DNA of 64,000 nucleotides from Lachnospiraceae bacterium (GTDB lineage Bacteria > Bacillota > Clostridia > Lachnospirales > Lachnospiraceae), in NCBI GenBank assembly GCA_017536965.1, contig JAFWCK010000126.1, positions 709-64,708 of the forward strand. The letters are read 5' to 3'. Under the pieces are notes generated by a model. The model saw only the letters and a program-made list of their open reading frames with translations, did not search any database and had not been told where the DNA came from. The position numbers were made by a program, and so were the translations under genes. Shown in pieces: positions 43,144 to 52,289 of this stretch; positions within the stretch are counted from its first letter, which is position 1; each line of letters starts with the position of its first letter.

Positions 43144-46100
43144 TTATTCAGTCCGCAGGGCGATCACCGGATCTTTTTTTGCAGCTTTTCTGGACGGGAT
43201 CAGACCTCCTATGATAGTGATCACTATACTGATCGTGATCAGGATCAGCGCACTTGTCCACGGCAGTTTTGCGTTCAACGACAGGTTATCCGTAAGCGCA
43301 TGTATGATCGAATTGATTGGAAGGATCAGCAGCAGAGACACTCCAACGCCTATGATTCCTGACAGACACCCGATAATAAACGTTTCCGCGTTAAACACCT
43401 GCGAGATATTTGCTTTGGATGCACCAAGTGCCCGCAAAACACCTATCTCTTTTGTCCTTTCCAGGACGGATATATTCGTAATGACGCCAATCATAATACA
43501 CGAGACGAAAAGGGAAACTGCCACAAAGCCGATCAGTACATAAGAAATTGCATTAATGATCGTTGTAATAGATGATGTAAGCAGCGCCACGTAGTCCGTA
43601 TAGATGATCTTGTCTTCCTCTTCTTTGCCTGCGTTATAATGTTCGATCGATGCAGATATTCCATCTTTCGCCTCAAAGCTATCTGCGTATATGCTGATAG
43701 ATGAAGGAGCGTCATAGCTGACCAGGCCAAACTGTTTCATGTTATCGTCATAAGTGGAACGGCCCATATATTCTTCGTAAATCCGCACCAGTGACTCTTC
43801 TTTAGCGAAATTATCAAGCCAATATTGTACGATCTGCGCCATATCTTCTTCATCCATCGAGAAGTCGATTCCGGAAGCAACCGACCCAAGATCCAGATTT
43901 ATATTCAGATTATCTCCAAAGTTAAAAGAATACGGAATCTGGTCTAATGGGAGCTTTTCAAGCTCCTCCCGCAGTTTTTCCCAGTCGATCCGCGGAAGCG
44001 TACTGGTTTCTTCCGTCGGTTCCTCTGAGGTAGGCTCTTCCGAGGTCGGTTCCTCCGAGGTCGGCTCCTCCGAGGTCGGCTCTTCTGAGGTCGGTTCCTC
44101 CGAGGTCGGCTCTTCTGAGGTCGGCTCTTCTGATGGAGCCTCTTTGGTGGTTTCATCCGGCGGAAGCGTCGGGATCTCAATCGGCACAATACCTTCTCCG
44201 GTTACTTCCTCTATTGCTCCGGCGACAGCACCTCTGGCGGACTCGATTGCGGAATAGACCGCCTGATTCAGAGCCTGACGAATGGCATATTCAATATTGG
44301 CGCCAAGAACAGTACCTAATTCCCCCATTTGCGTCGTCATCAAGGCTTCCATACCGCCTTCATAATCCAGCATCATAACAAGTGAGAAGAAAGAGGCCTT
44401 ATCCGTCATTCCCAGATCATTGACATACTGTCTTGCCTTTTTTGCTTTATCAGAATCCTTCAGATCACTTTCTTCAAATTTTTGACCAGTCAGTACATTT
44501 ATATCCGGTGTTTCTTCCTGAGCTTTGATCACTTCACTTTCCGAACCATGATTGATCAGATAGTCCGTCAGCAAAGTGGTATACCCGATCGTCGCATTGA
44601 TTCCTTGTATGTCAGAGCCCTCTTTTCTTTTCACGAGACCAACGATCTTCAATTGAACACCCTTATCAGCTGCTGTTTTCAGTTTTGCTTTATCATCGCC
44701 TATATAAGAAAAGGTTCCGTTTTCCCGTTTTTCATAATAATCAGAAGCAGAAATCAGATAGAAAGTGCGGCCCATCAGCTGCTCATAACTAAAACGAACC
44801 TCTTGTGCTTCTTCCTGCTTTTTAATTTTATCGATCGCATTTTTGTATTGTTTTTCTGTCAGATAGCCCAACTGATACAATGTGCCGGAAAATAAAGTGT
44901 TGCTCCGATTCAATACCAAAACTACCTCATCATAAGCATCCGGCCAGCCGCCATAGACCACATCATAATTATCCTTGATCATCGGGCTGACGACATCATG
45001 ATTGGTGCCCGCAGGCATCTCGGCAAAGTTTTCTGCATGATTCGTCCCGGATCCTCCTGTCAGTGTGGACATATTGCTCATCATCAGGGAACGGACTTCC
45101 TCCAGGTTTCCAAAGATACTGTTCTCGGAAGAAAACTCACTTCTGGTATCCGCATCCGTGTCGACCAGTTTCCCGTCTTTGTCATAGGTGTACACTTTAA
45201 AATCCACATTGTAAGAATAAACGACCCCGTGCTCACCAATATATTGATGGATCTCGCTCTCCGGATCATCCAGATATTTCTTAAAGTCTGTCAGATTGTT
45301 TTCTTTGATACTGGCATTAACAGATGTGTTCAGTTCCAGATCCTGATAGTTGGCATAAACCATATCTTTTTCTCGTTCCGGTTTCTCTGCCGTTGTATCT
45401 TCCCGAATGTTCTGCGGATTTGGTCCCATCAAAGCAGACATATCAAAACTGGTTGACGTAATGGATATAGGATAACTGGTCAAAGTATCCTTCTGAATCT
45501 GATCAATATAATTGTTCACACCGGTTGAAAGAGAAAGAATCAGAGCAATACCAATGATGCCGATCGCCCCGGCAAAAGCGGTCAGAATGGTCCTTCCTTT
45601 TTTTGTTCTCAAATTGTGGAAGCTTAATACAAGAGAGGTCAGGAATGACATGCCGGACAGGCGTTTCCGTTTTGTCCCCGTTTCCGTATGTTCTTCTGTT
45701 TTGGCCAAAAGATCCGCCTGCACCTGTTCATCCGTATATGGCATACTATCATCGGTGATCTTGCCATCCTTCAGCTTCACGATCCGGGAAGCATATTCAT
45801 CAGCCAGGTCCGGATTATGTGTCACCATCACGACCAACCGGTCATCTGCCACTTTTTTCAAAAGGTCCATAACCTGAATACTGGTTTCCGTATCCAATGC
45901 GCCAGTCGGTTCATCAGCAAGCAGAATGTCCGGATCGTTTACAAGCGCCCTGGCCAGTGCAACACGCTGCATCTGCCCTCCGGAAAGCTGATTCGGTTTT
46001 TTATGGATCTGATCCGCCAGTCCAACATCTTCCAACGCTTTCATGGCACGCTCTTTCCGCTCTTTCGGAGAAATGCCTCCAATCGTCAGTGCCAGCTCTA

Positions 46101-46410
46101 CATTAGACAAAATGTTCTGATGAGGAATGAGATTATAACTCTGGAAAACGAATCCTACGGAATGGTTCCGATAAGTATCCCAGTTTCGGTCTTTATACTC
46201 TTTGGTCGAGGTTCCGTTGATGATAAGGTCACCTTCATCATAACGATCCAAACCTCCGATAATATTCAACAGGGTCGTTTTCCCGGAACCGGAAGGTCCC
46301 AAAATAGCGACAAACTCATTGTCGCGAAGATTCAGGCTGACGTCATCCAGTGCTTTTTGCAGGAGGTCACCTGTTTTATATTCTTTTCTGATATTTCGAA
46401 TCTGAAGCAT
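43144..46410 (-). CDS. MacB-type ABC transporter fusion (ATPase + FtsX-like permease with an extracytoplasmic domain of about 700 aa)
   Basis: GPSGSGKTTLLN, LSGGQMQRVALARAL, LADEPTGALD; C-terminal FtsX-like TM bundle; internal (EEPTS)x8 tract. Confidence 0.8.
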   Translation of the reverse strand: MLQIRNIRKEYKTGDLLQKALDDVSLNLRDNEFVAILGPSGSGKTTLLNIIGGLDRYDEGDLIINGTSTKEYKDRNWDTYRNHSVGFVFQSYNLIPHQNILSNVELALTIGGISPKERKERAMKALEDVGLADQIHKKPNQLSGGQMQRVALARALVNDPDILLADEPTGALDTETSIQVMDLLKKVADDRLVVMVTHNPDLADEYASRIVKLKDGKITDDSMPYTDEQVQADLLAKTEEHTETGTKRKRLSGMSFLTSLVLSFHNLRTKKGRTILTAFAGAIGIIGIALILSLSTGVNNYIDQIQKDTLTSYPISITSTSFDMSALMGPNPQNIREDTTAEKPEREKDMVYANYQDLELNTSVNASIKENNLTDFKKYLDDPESEIHQYIGEHGVVYSYNVDFKVYTYDKDGKLVDTDADTRSEFSSENSIFGNLEEVRSLMMSNMSTLTGGSGTNHAENFAEMPAGTNHDVVSPMIKDNYDVVYGGWPDAYDEVVLVLNRSNTLFSGTLYQLGYLTEKQYKNAIDKIKKQEEAQEVRFSYEQLMGRTFYLISASDYYEKRENGTFSYIGDDKAKLKTAADKGVQLKIVGLVKRKEGSDIQGINATIGYTTLLTDYLINHGSESEVIKAQEETPDINVLTGQKFEESDLKDSDKAKKARQYVNDLGMTDKASFFSLVMMLDYEGGMEALMTTQMGELGTVLGANIEYAIRQALNQAVYSAIESARGAVAGAIEEVTGEGIVPIEIPTLPPDETTKEAPSEEPTSEEPTSEEPTSEEPTSEEPTSEEPTSEEPTSEEPTEETSTLPRIDWEKLREELEKLPLDQIPYSFNFGDNLNINLDLGSVASGIDFSMDEEDMAQIVQYWLDNFAKEESLVRIYEEYMGRSTYDDNMKQFGLVSYDAPSSISIYADSFEAKDGISASIEHYNAGKEEEDKIIYTDYVALLTSSITTIINAISYVLIGFVAVSLFVSCIMIGVITNISVLERTKEIGVLRALGASKANISQVFNAETFIIGCLSGIIGVGVSLLLILPINSIIHALTDNLSLNAKLPWTSALILITISIVITIIGGLIPSRKAAKKDPVIALRTE
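44014..44133. repeat. 15-bp in-frame tandem repeat x8 encoding EEPTS
   Basis: CGAGGTCGGYTCYTC units with third-position variation. Confidence 0.9.
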
Positions 46411-47406
46411 TTATTTCATAGTACCTTTAAATGTTTCCAGATTATTCTGCATCAATTCCAGGTAAGTGATCTGGTTTTCAAAGTCCTCTTTGGACACATT
46501 ATGGCAGGAATGAATCATCGCCGTGGAAACGCCCGTCGATTCAGCGATCACATCAGCTATTTGATGATTCGACATCTCAATATAGTAAACTGTATCGACG
46601 GATGATGCTTTTGCCTCATCGATCAGTTTCGTAATGTCCGCTACAGATGGCTCGCTCCCTTCATAGCAGCCAGGGAAGGCAGCGTAATAAGTTAAGCCAT
46701 ACTCTTTTACAAAATACAGAAACGGAAAGCGGTCTCCAAAAAAGATGGTCCTGTTGGATACTGAATCAAAGAATTCCATAAAATCCTTATCCAGAGTTTG
46801 GACTGCCGCAATATATTGGTTTGCATTCTCTGCAAACATATCCGCAATCGGCACATAAGAATCGATGCCCATTTTCGTCTGTCTGGCATTAACGATCTCG
46901 CAGATCGCATCGCGGATCGATTCCAGCATTTTGATGGCATTAGCCGGTGATGTCCAGATATGTTCATCATACTCCGCCTCTTCTTCCTCTTCTCCTTCCT
47001 CTTCCAGAAGATTGACTGTTTCCATCAGGCGAAGAGCTTTTACCGGCTGATCCATTGAGGAGAGGATCTCCTCCACCCAGGCATCACTTTCCCCTCCGAT
47101 ATAGAGGAAGAGATCGCAGTCCTGGATTTTTATCATATCCTGCGGGGTCGGTTCATAAGAATGCGTTTCCATCCCAGGCGCTAAAAGCATGGTGATGTCT
47201 GCTGCAATAAACTGACTCCCATCTCCGCAGACCGCCCGTGCGAAATCGTACAGCGGGAAAATGGTCGTCACGATATGGATCGTACTATCCGTCTGTGTTT
47301 CTTCTGTGACCGGTTCCATTCCTCTTTTCTGGCATCCGCTCAATACCCAAATCAAGCATACCAAAAGAAAGAGGTATATTACCGGCAAAGTTTTTGCTTT
47401 TTTCAT
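46411..47406 (-). CDS. Metal (Zn/Mn) ABC substrate-binding lipoprotein, ZnuA/TroA family
   Basis: Lipobox VLSGCQ; acidic loop EEEGEEEEEAEYDEH; DEHIWTSP motif. The stop abuts the ATG of the MacB-like gene. Confidence 0.75.
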   Translation of the reverse strand: MKKAKTLPVIYLFLLVCLIWVLSGCQKRGMEPVTEETQTDSTIHIVTTIFPLYDFARAVCGDGSQFIAADITMLLAPGMETHSYEPTPQDMIKIQDCDLFLYIGGESDAWVEEILSSMDQPVKALRLMETVNLLEEEGEEEEEAEYDEHIWTSPANAIKMLESIRDAICEIVNARQTKMGIDSYVPIADMFAENANQYIAAVQTLDKDFMEFFDSVSNRTIFFGDRFPFLYFVKEYGLTYYAAFPGCYEGSEPSVADITKLIDEAKASSVDTVYYIEMSNHQIADVIAESTGVSTAMIHSCHNVSKEDFENQITYLELMQNNLETFKGTMK

Positions 47407-47539
47407 CCGTCCCCCCCTTAAAAATCTTTTTTATTATATCTTAAAAGAAGAAGAAAAAAAATATCTTTCTTGATGACATTTCGGGATGTCTGTGCTATTC
47501 TTGGGGGTAGTATTTTTATCAATAATCGAGGAGAAAACA

Positions 47540-49309
47540 ATGAAAGTTATTTTACAGGATGGCACCGTACAAGAATGTTCTTTTGATGATGAAGTAGGCA
47601 GAGAAGCGTTCCGCCATACAACATCCCATATCATGGCTCAGGCTGTGAAAAGATTATACCCGACGACAAAGTGTGCCATTGGCCCGGCTATCAAAGATGG
47701 ATTTTACTATGACTTCGAATTTGATTTCGATTTCACAGATGAAAACCTCTCTGCAATCGAAGCAGAGATGAAAAAAATCGTAAAAGAAAACCTGAAACTC
47801 ACGCACTTCACCATGGAGCGGGAAGAGGCGCTGAAGATCATGAAGGAAAAAGGTGAAGATTACAAAGTCGAACTGATCAATGATCTTCCAGAAGACGAAG
47901 TTCTTTCCTTCTATCAGCAGGGAGAGTACCTGGAACTCTGCGCAGGACCGCACGTCACATACACCAGTGCGATCAAGGCATTTAAGCTGACATCCGTTGC
48001 CGGTGCTTACTGGCGCGGCAATGAAAACAATAAAATGCTTACCCGTATTTACGGTACTTCTTTCCCGAATAAAGAAGCTCTGGAAGAAGAACTGAACCGT
48101 ATTGAGGAAGCAAAGAAACGTGACCACAGAAAACTCGGTAAAGAACTGGGTATCTTTACATTAATGGAAGAAGGACCGGGATTCCCGTTCTTCCTGCCAA
48201 AAGGCATGATTTTGAAAAATCTGCTTTTGGATTACTGGCGTCACATCCATACCCGTGATGGCTATGTTGAAATCTCCACCCCGATCATGCTTGATCGTGA
48301 ACTCTGGGAGACTTCCGGTCACTGGGATCATTATCGTGAAAATATGTACACGACCGTGATTGACGACGAAGACTTTGCCATCAAGCCGATGAACTGCCCT
48401 GGCGGCATGCTGGTTTATAAGATGGAACCGCACTCTTATCGTGACCTTCCGATCCGTATGGGCGAGATTGGTTTAGTCCACAGACATGAAAAATCAGGAC
48501 AGCTGCACGGTCTGATGCGTGTGCGCTGCTTCAATCAGGATGATGCACATATCTATATGACTCCGGAACAGATTCCTTATGAAATCAAAGGTGTTGTCAA
48601 ACTGATCGACGAAGTTTATTCCAAGTTTGGGTTCAAATACCATGTAGAGCTCTCTACCCGTCCGGAAAACTCCATGGGATCAGACGAAGACTGGGAAATG
48701 GCAACCAACGGCCTGAAGAACGCCCTGGATGACTTAGGCCTTCCATATGTGATCAACGAAGGGGACGGTGCTTTTTATGGTCCGAAGATTGACTTCCATC
48801 TGGAGGATTCCCTCGGACGTACCTGGCAGTGCGGCACCATTCAGCTTGACTTCCAGCTTCCGCAGCGTTTTGAAGCAGAATACATCGGACAGGACGGTCT
48901 GGCTCATCGCCCGATCATGATCCACCGCGTCTGTTTCGGATCCATCGAACGTTTCATCGGAATCCTGATCGAGCATTTCGCAGGCAAGTTCCCGTTCTGG
49001 CTGAGCCCGGTTCAGATTAAGATTCTTCCGATTTCCGAGAAATTTACGGGATATGCGGAAGTGGTCGAGGCAAAGCTGAAAAAACTCGGTTACCGCACAG
49101 AAGTAGATGAGCGTTCCGAAAAGATCGGTTATAAGATCCGTGCTGCAAGAAACGAGCGTGTTCCTTACATTCTTGTTGTCGGTGAAAAAGAAGAGGAAGC
49201 AGAAACGGTTTCTGTACGCCGTCGTGATGACGGAGAAAATCAGGATCTCGGAACTATTTCTTTCGATGAACTGGTTGCTTATTTAGAGAAAGAAGAAAAG
49301 GCTTACTAA
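47540..49309 (+). CDS. thrS: Threonine--tRNA ligase
   Basis: ORF 47486..49309; ATG 47540 follows GAGGAG; HTTSHIMAQAV, class II motifs (FRHEKSG..HGLMRVR), anticodon-binding domain. Confidence 0.9.
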   Translation: MKVILQDGTVQECSFDDEVGREAFRHTTSHIMAQAVKRLYPTTKCAIGPAIKDGFYYDFEFDFDFTDENLSAIEAEMKKIVKENLKLTHFTMEREEALKIMKEKGEDYKVELINDLPEDEVLSFYQQGEYLELCAGPHVTYTSAIKAFKLTSVAGAYWRGNENNKMLTRIYGTSFPNKEALEEELNRIEEAKKRDHRKLGKELGIFTLMEEGPGFPFFLPKGMILKNLLLDYWRHIHTRDGYVEISTPIMLDRELWETSGHWDHYRENMYTTVIDDEDFAIKPMNCPGGMLVYKMEPHSYRDLPIRMGEIGLVHRHEKSGQLHGLMRVRCFNQDDAHIYMTPEQIPYEIKGVVKLIDEVYSKFGFKYHVELSTRPENSMGSDEDWEMATNGLKNALDDLGLPYVINEGDGAFYGPKIDFHLEDSLGRTWQCGTIQLDFQLPQRFEAEYIGQDGLAHRPIMIHRVCFGSIERFIGILIEHFAGKFPFWLSPVQIKILPISEKFTGYAEVVEAKLKKLGYRTEVDERSEKIGYKIRAARNERVPYILVVGEKEEEAETVSVRRRDDGENQDLGTISFDELVAYLEKEEKAY

Positions 49310-49321
49310 GGAGCTTATCAG

Positions 49322-51556
49322 ATGACGCTGAAGGAAAGTTTTTTAGAATTCCTGCACCACGGCAAAACCTACAGTAAAAAACAAATAATAAGCGCGGCTA
49401 TCTTTCCCGCTGCGCTTATTTATTTTGAAGTTCTGTTTCGTATTATATCTGTAAAAGAATGGCCGGGCTTCTGGTGGTGGCTGGCTATGATCTGTGCTTC
49501 GATCGTAGGCGGGCTTCTTCTCACTATGCTCTGTACGATCACCAAAAATGAAAAGATCAATAATATTATTGGCTTGATCGTTCTGCAGGCAGCCAGCGTC
49601 ATATTTATGATCTTTCATTTCGTCGGATTTGAGTTCAATATCTATATTGGACCACAGGGGATTTTCGGCGGAGCCGGTGGCGTGGCCGGGGAAGCAAGTG
49701 ATTATATCTTTCAGATCATCCTTGGGAACTGGACCACGATCCTCATTTTTGAGATCCCGATCCTTCTCTATATTCTTTTCCTGGTCCTGAAAAAAATCAG
49801 TTTTCAACGTTTTCGGGGAACTGGTTATATTCAGATCCTGATGATCGCAACTCTGGTAGAAGTGATCGCTACCCTTCCAATCTGCAATCTGAATCCTTCC
49901 TGGAAAATTGCAACGCGGGAATTTACTTTTGATACATCCGTAAAGTTTTTTGGTGTTCAGACATCTACAAAGCTGGATACCTTATACGCGATTTTCAAAA
50001 ACCCTTTCAAAATGCATTTTATCATTGAGAATGATCCTCCGGTGATCACTAACAAGGATTCTTATCATATGACAGACATCGACTTTGATTATATTGCAGA
50101 TCACACAACAGAATTCTCCGTCCTGGAGATCAATAAATACGTCAAAAGCGAGATGCCTGCTAAAAAGAACGAATACACAGGAATGTTCAAAGGAAAAAAC
50201 CTGATTCAAATTACAGCAGAATCCTTTACACCGTATGTCGTCGATGAAGAGTTGACGCCCGTCCTGTATCGGCTTATTAATAATGGAATCCGTTTTGACA
50301 ACTATTATCAGCCTCTTTGGAACGGTTCCACAACCACAGGTGAATTTCTGATCATGACCGGGCTCCTTCCTGCAAACGGGTACTATTCCATGTTGGAAAC
50401 GGTTGGTGATAACATGCATCTGACGATCGGCAATCAGCTGATGAAAGAAGGATACACAAGTATCGCATATCATAACGGAACCTATGATTACTTCGACCGT
50501 AATCTGACGCACTGTAATCTGGGCTATTCCCGCTTTGTAGCAAACGGAAGCGGTATGTATGGTCTGTCAGGCAGAACCGCCTGGCCGCAAAGTGATGTGG
50601 AGATGATGCAGTTTTCTATCCCGCGGTATATAGATAAAACACCTTTTAATATTTATTACATGACATTAAGCGGGCACTCGAAATATGATTCCAAGAACTT
50701 TATCGTCAACAAAAATATCGCTGAAGTCCGCGCATGGGCAGAACGTAAAGGATATGACTATACAAATGCGGTTCTAAGCTATATCGCCGCAAACCTGGAG
50801 TTTGAAAAATCCATGGAATATCTGCTGCAGCAGCTGAAGGACGCCGGTCTTTTAGAGGATACAGTTATTGTTATGTCTGCCGACCATTATCCATACAGCC
50901 TCTCAGATGATTACGTCATCGATGAAAAAGGTCATGTGGATTACTTCAATGTTGAAGCAAACCTGATCAATATGTTTGGTTTTACCCCTGAATTCAACCC
51001 GGATTATCATCACAACGCACTTGTTATCTGGACACCATCTTTAGAGGGTGAAAACAGCATCGTAGTGACCGATCCGGTGCAGCCGGTTGATATTCTGCCA
51101 ACCGTTTCAAATCTTTTCGGTTTTGACTATGATTCCAGACTGCTTGCAGGAAGAGACGTACTGGATATGGAAACTGAGCCGCTGGTCATTTTCTCTGACT
51201 ACAGCTGGCTGTCCACTTACGGGTACTATGACTACAGAACAGAAACCTTCATCCCAATGGATGAACTGAAGACCTCCAAAGAAACCATTCCGAGATGTTT
51301 TGCAGATCACGGCCCGCTGAAAACCCTGACCTATGAAAATCCGATAGACAAGGCAAATGCTGCAAAAGGTATCACAACGTACGGCGGTTATGAAAAACTG
51401 GATGATTACATCAAGCATATCAGTAACGTTGTACAGAACAAGATGGTCTTATCGCAGAACGTTCCTTTGCAGGATTATTACGGTCTGATCTGGGGCAAGA
51501 TCCAAACGCAGGATGATGCTCTCGGGCAGGGTGCACATGGTCAGATAGACCAATAA
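49322..51556 (+). CDS. LTA synthase/sulfatase-family membrane protein (LtaS-like)
   Basis: N-terminal 5 TM helices plus an extracellular alkaline-phosphatase-superfamily domain (ITAESFTP, MSADHYPY). Confidence 0.7.
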   Translation: MTLKESFLEFLHHGKTYSKKQIISAAIFPAALIYFEVLFRIISVKEWPGFWWWLAMICASIVGGLLLTMLCTITKNEKINNIIGLIVLQAASVIFMIFHFVGFEFNIYIGPQGIFGGAGGVAGEASDYIFQIILGNWTTILIFEIPILLYILFLVLKKISFQRFRGTGYIQILMIATLVEVIATLPICNLNPSWKIATREFTFDTSVKFFGVQTSTKLDTLYAIFKNPFKMHFIIENDPPVITNKDSYHMTDIDFDYIADHTTEFSVLEINKYVKSEMPAKKNEYTGMFKGKNLIQITAESFTPYVVDEELTPVLYRLINNGIRFDNYYQPLWNGSTTTGEFLIMTGLLPANGYYSMLETVGDNMHLTIGNQLMKEGYTSIAYHNGTYDYFDRNLTHCNLGYSRFVANGSGMYGLSGRTAWPQSDVEMMQFSIPRYIDKTPFNIYYMTLSGHSKYDSKNFIVNKNIAEVRAWAERKGYDYTNAVLSYIAANLEFEKSMEYLLQQLKDAGLLEDTVIVMSADHYPYSLSDDYVIDEKGHVDYFNVEANLINMFGFTPEFNPDYHHNALVIWTPSLEGENSIVVTDPVQPVDILPTVSNLFGFDYDSRLLAGRDVLDMETEPLVIFSDYSWLSTYGYYDYRTETFIPMDELKTSKETIPRCFADHGPLKTLTYENPIDKANAAKGITTYGGYEKLDDYIKHISNVVQNKMVLSQNVPLQDYYGLIWGKIQTQDDALGQGAHGQIDQ

Positions 51557-51579
51557 CATCTAATTAAAAAAAATCCTTG

Positions 51580-51617
51580 CCGGTATGACATAGAAATGAT
51601 GTCATACCGGCTTTTTT
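51580..51617 (+). terminator. Intrinsic terminator
   Basis: CCGGTATGACAT-N7-ATGTCATACCGG followed by CTTTTTT. Confidence 0.85.
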
Positions 51618-51658
51618 ACAAGCAAAAATGCTTTTTTTCTATCTTTTTCACGTCCTGG

Positions 51659-52123
51659 TGTCATTAAATATATGTCGTTATGACATTATTTTTATGACGT
51701 TAATGAAAATTTTCCATTATTTTTGATTACTTTTTTGTCTTTTTTATGACAGATTGACACAAATTAATTGTCGTTCTGTCAAATTTTTATTCAAAAGATC
51801 TGTTTTTCTTTTTTATTTTTCTTCAATGTCAATCTAAAAATGACATTTTGTCATAATATCAATGTCGCAAATGTTATTATTACTTCTAATTATTCAATTT
51901 CTATTTACTTTTTTGTCGTTCTGACATTATTTTCATGTCACTTCGTCAATTTCCTTTTAAAATAAGCTCATTTTCCCTTTTGTTTTCAAAGAGCGTGAGT
52001 GGATTTATGCCATTTTGTCATTATTTTTTTGTCATTTTGTCACTTTTTAAATATTTTTTTAATTTACCTATTGACATTTATGTCGTTATGTCATATAAAT
52101 AATGACGTACTGACAAACAGTCA
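51659..52123. repeat. Phased array of about 24 TGWCR pentamers in six clusters (nine 13-bp TGWCR-N3-TGWCA units)
   Basis: Pentamer starts: 51659, 51673, 51681, 51695, 51736, 51747, 51755, 51769, 51777, 51827, 51841, 51849, 51863, 51914, 51922, 51936, 51944, 52016, 52030, 52038, 52072, 52081, 52089, 52103, 52111, 52119. Confidence 0.8.
52071..52099 (+). promoter_or_regulatory. Candidate glnA promoter
   Basis: TTGACA (52071-52076) - 17 nt - TATAAA (52094-52099). Confidence 0.55.
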
Positions 52124-52289
52124 GTCTCCAAAACTCATTTTCAGAGCCCTATCTGAAAAAATATCGAGATTGAGGCCTGTGGTGTCTGGCACCGTGAACT
52201 TTTTCTTTAATGATCTAATCTAAAGTCCAATCATTAATTCGCCCTAACCCTTTTTCAAGTTCACGGGGTCAGACACCTTCGAAGGTACC

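Noticed and set aside
47407-47539. T-box leader upstream of thrS, and an S-box/SAM riboswitch upstream of metY (5141-5316)
   Set aside because: The intergenic regions (133 and 176 nt, the latter shared with a divergent LysR gene) are too short. I could not find the T-box or S-box conserved blocks.
51659-52123. TnrA/GlnR boxes (TGTNA-N7-TNACA), a sigma-54 promoter (TGGCAC at 52187), Spo0A boxes and DnaA boxes as explanations for the glnA upstream array
   Set aside because: Checking every TGTNA gave no partner TNACA at the required distance. The TGGCAC is not followed by a GC at the -12 position. TGTCG is followed by TT rather than AA, so it does not fit the 0A box. There is no TTATCCACA-like sequence.
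51768-52223. ORFs 51768-51965 and 51999-52223 in the glnA upstream region
   Set aside because: The translations are repetitive F/L/C/H strings generated by the TGTCAT/TTTTGT repeats. There is no RBS. I interpret the region as non-coding regulatory DNA.
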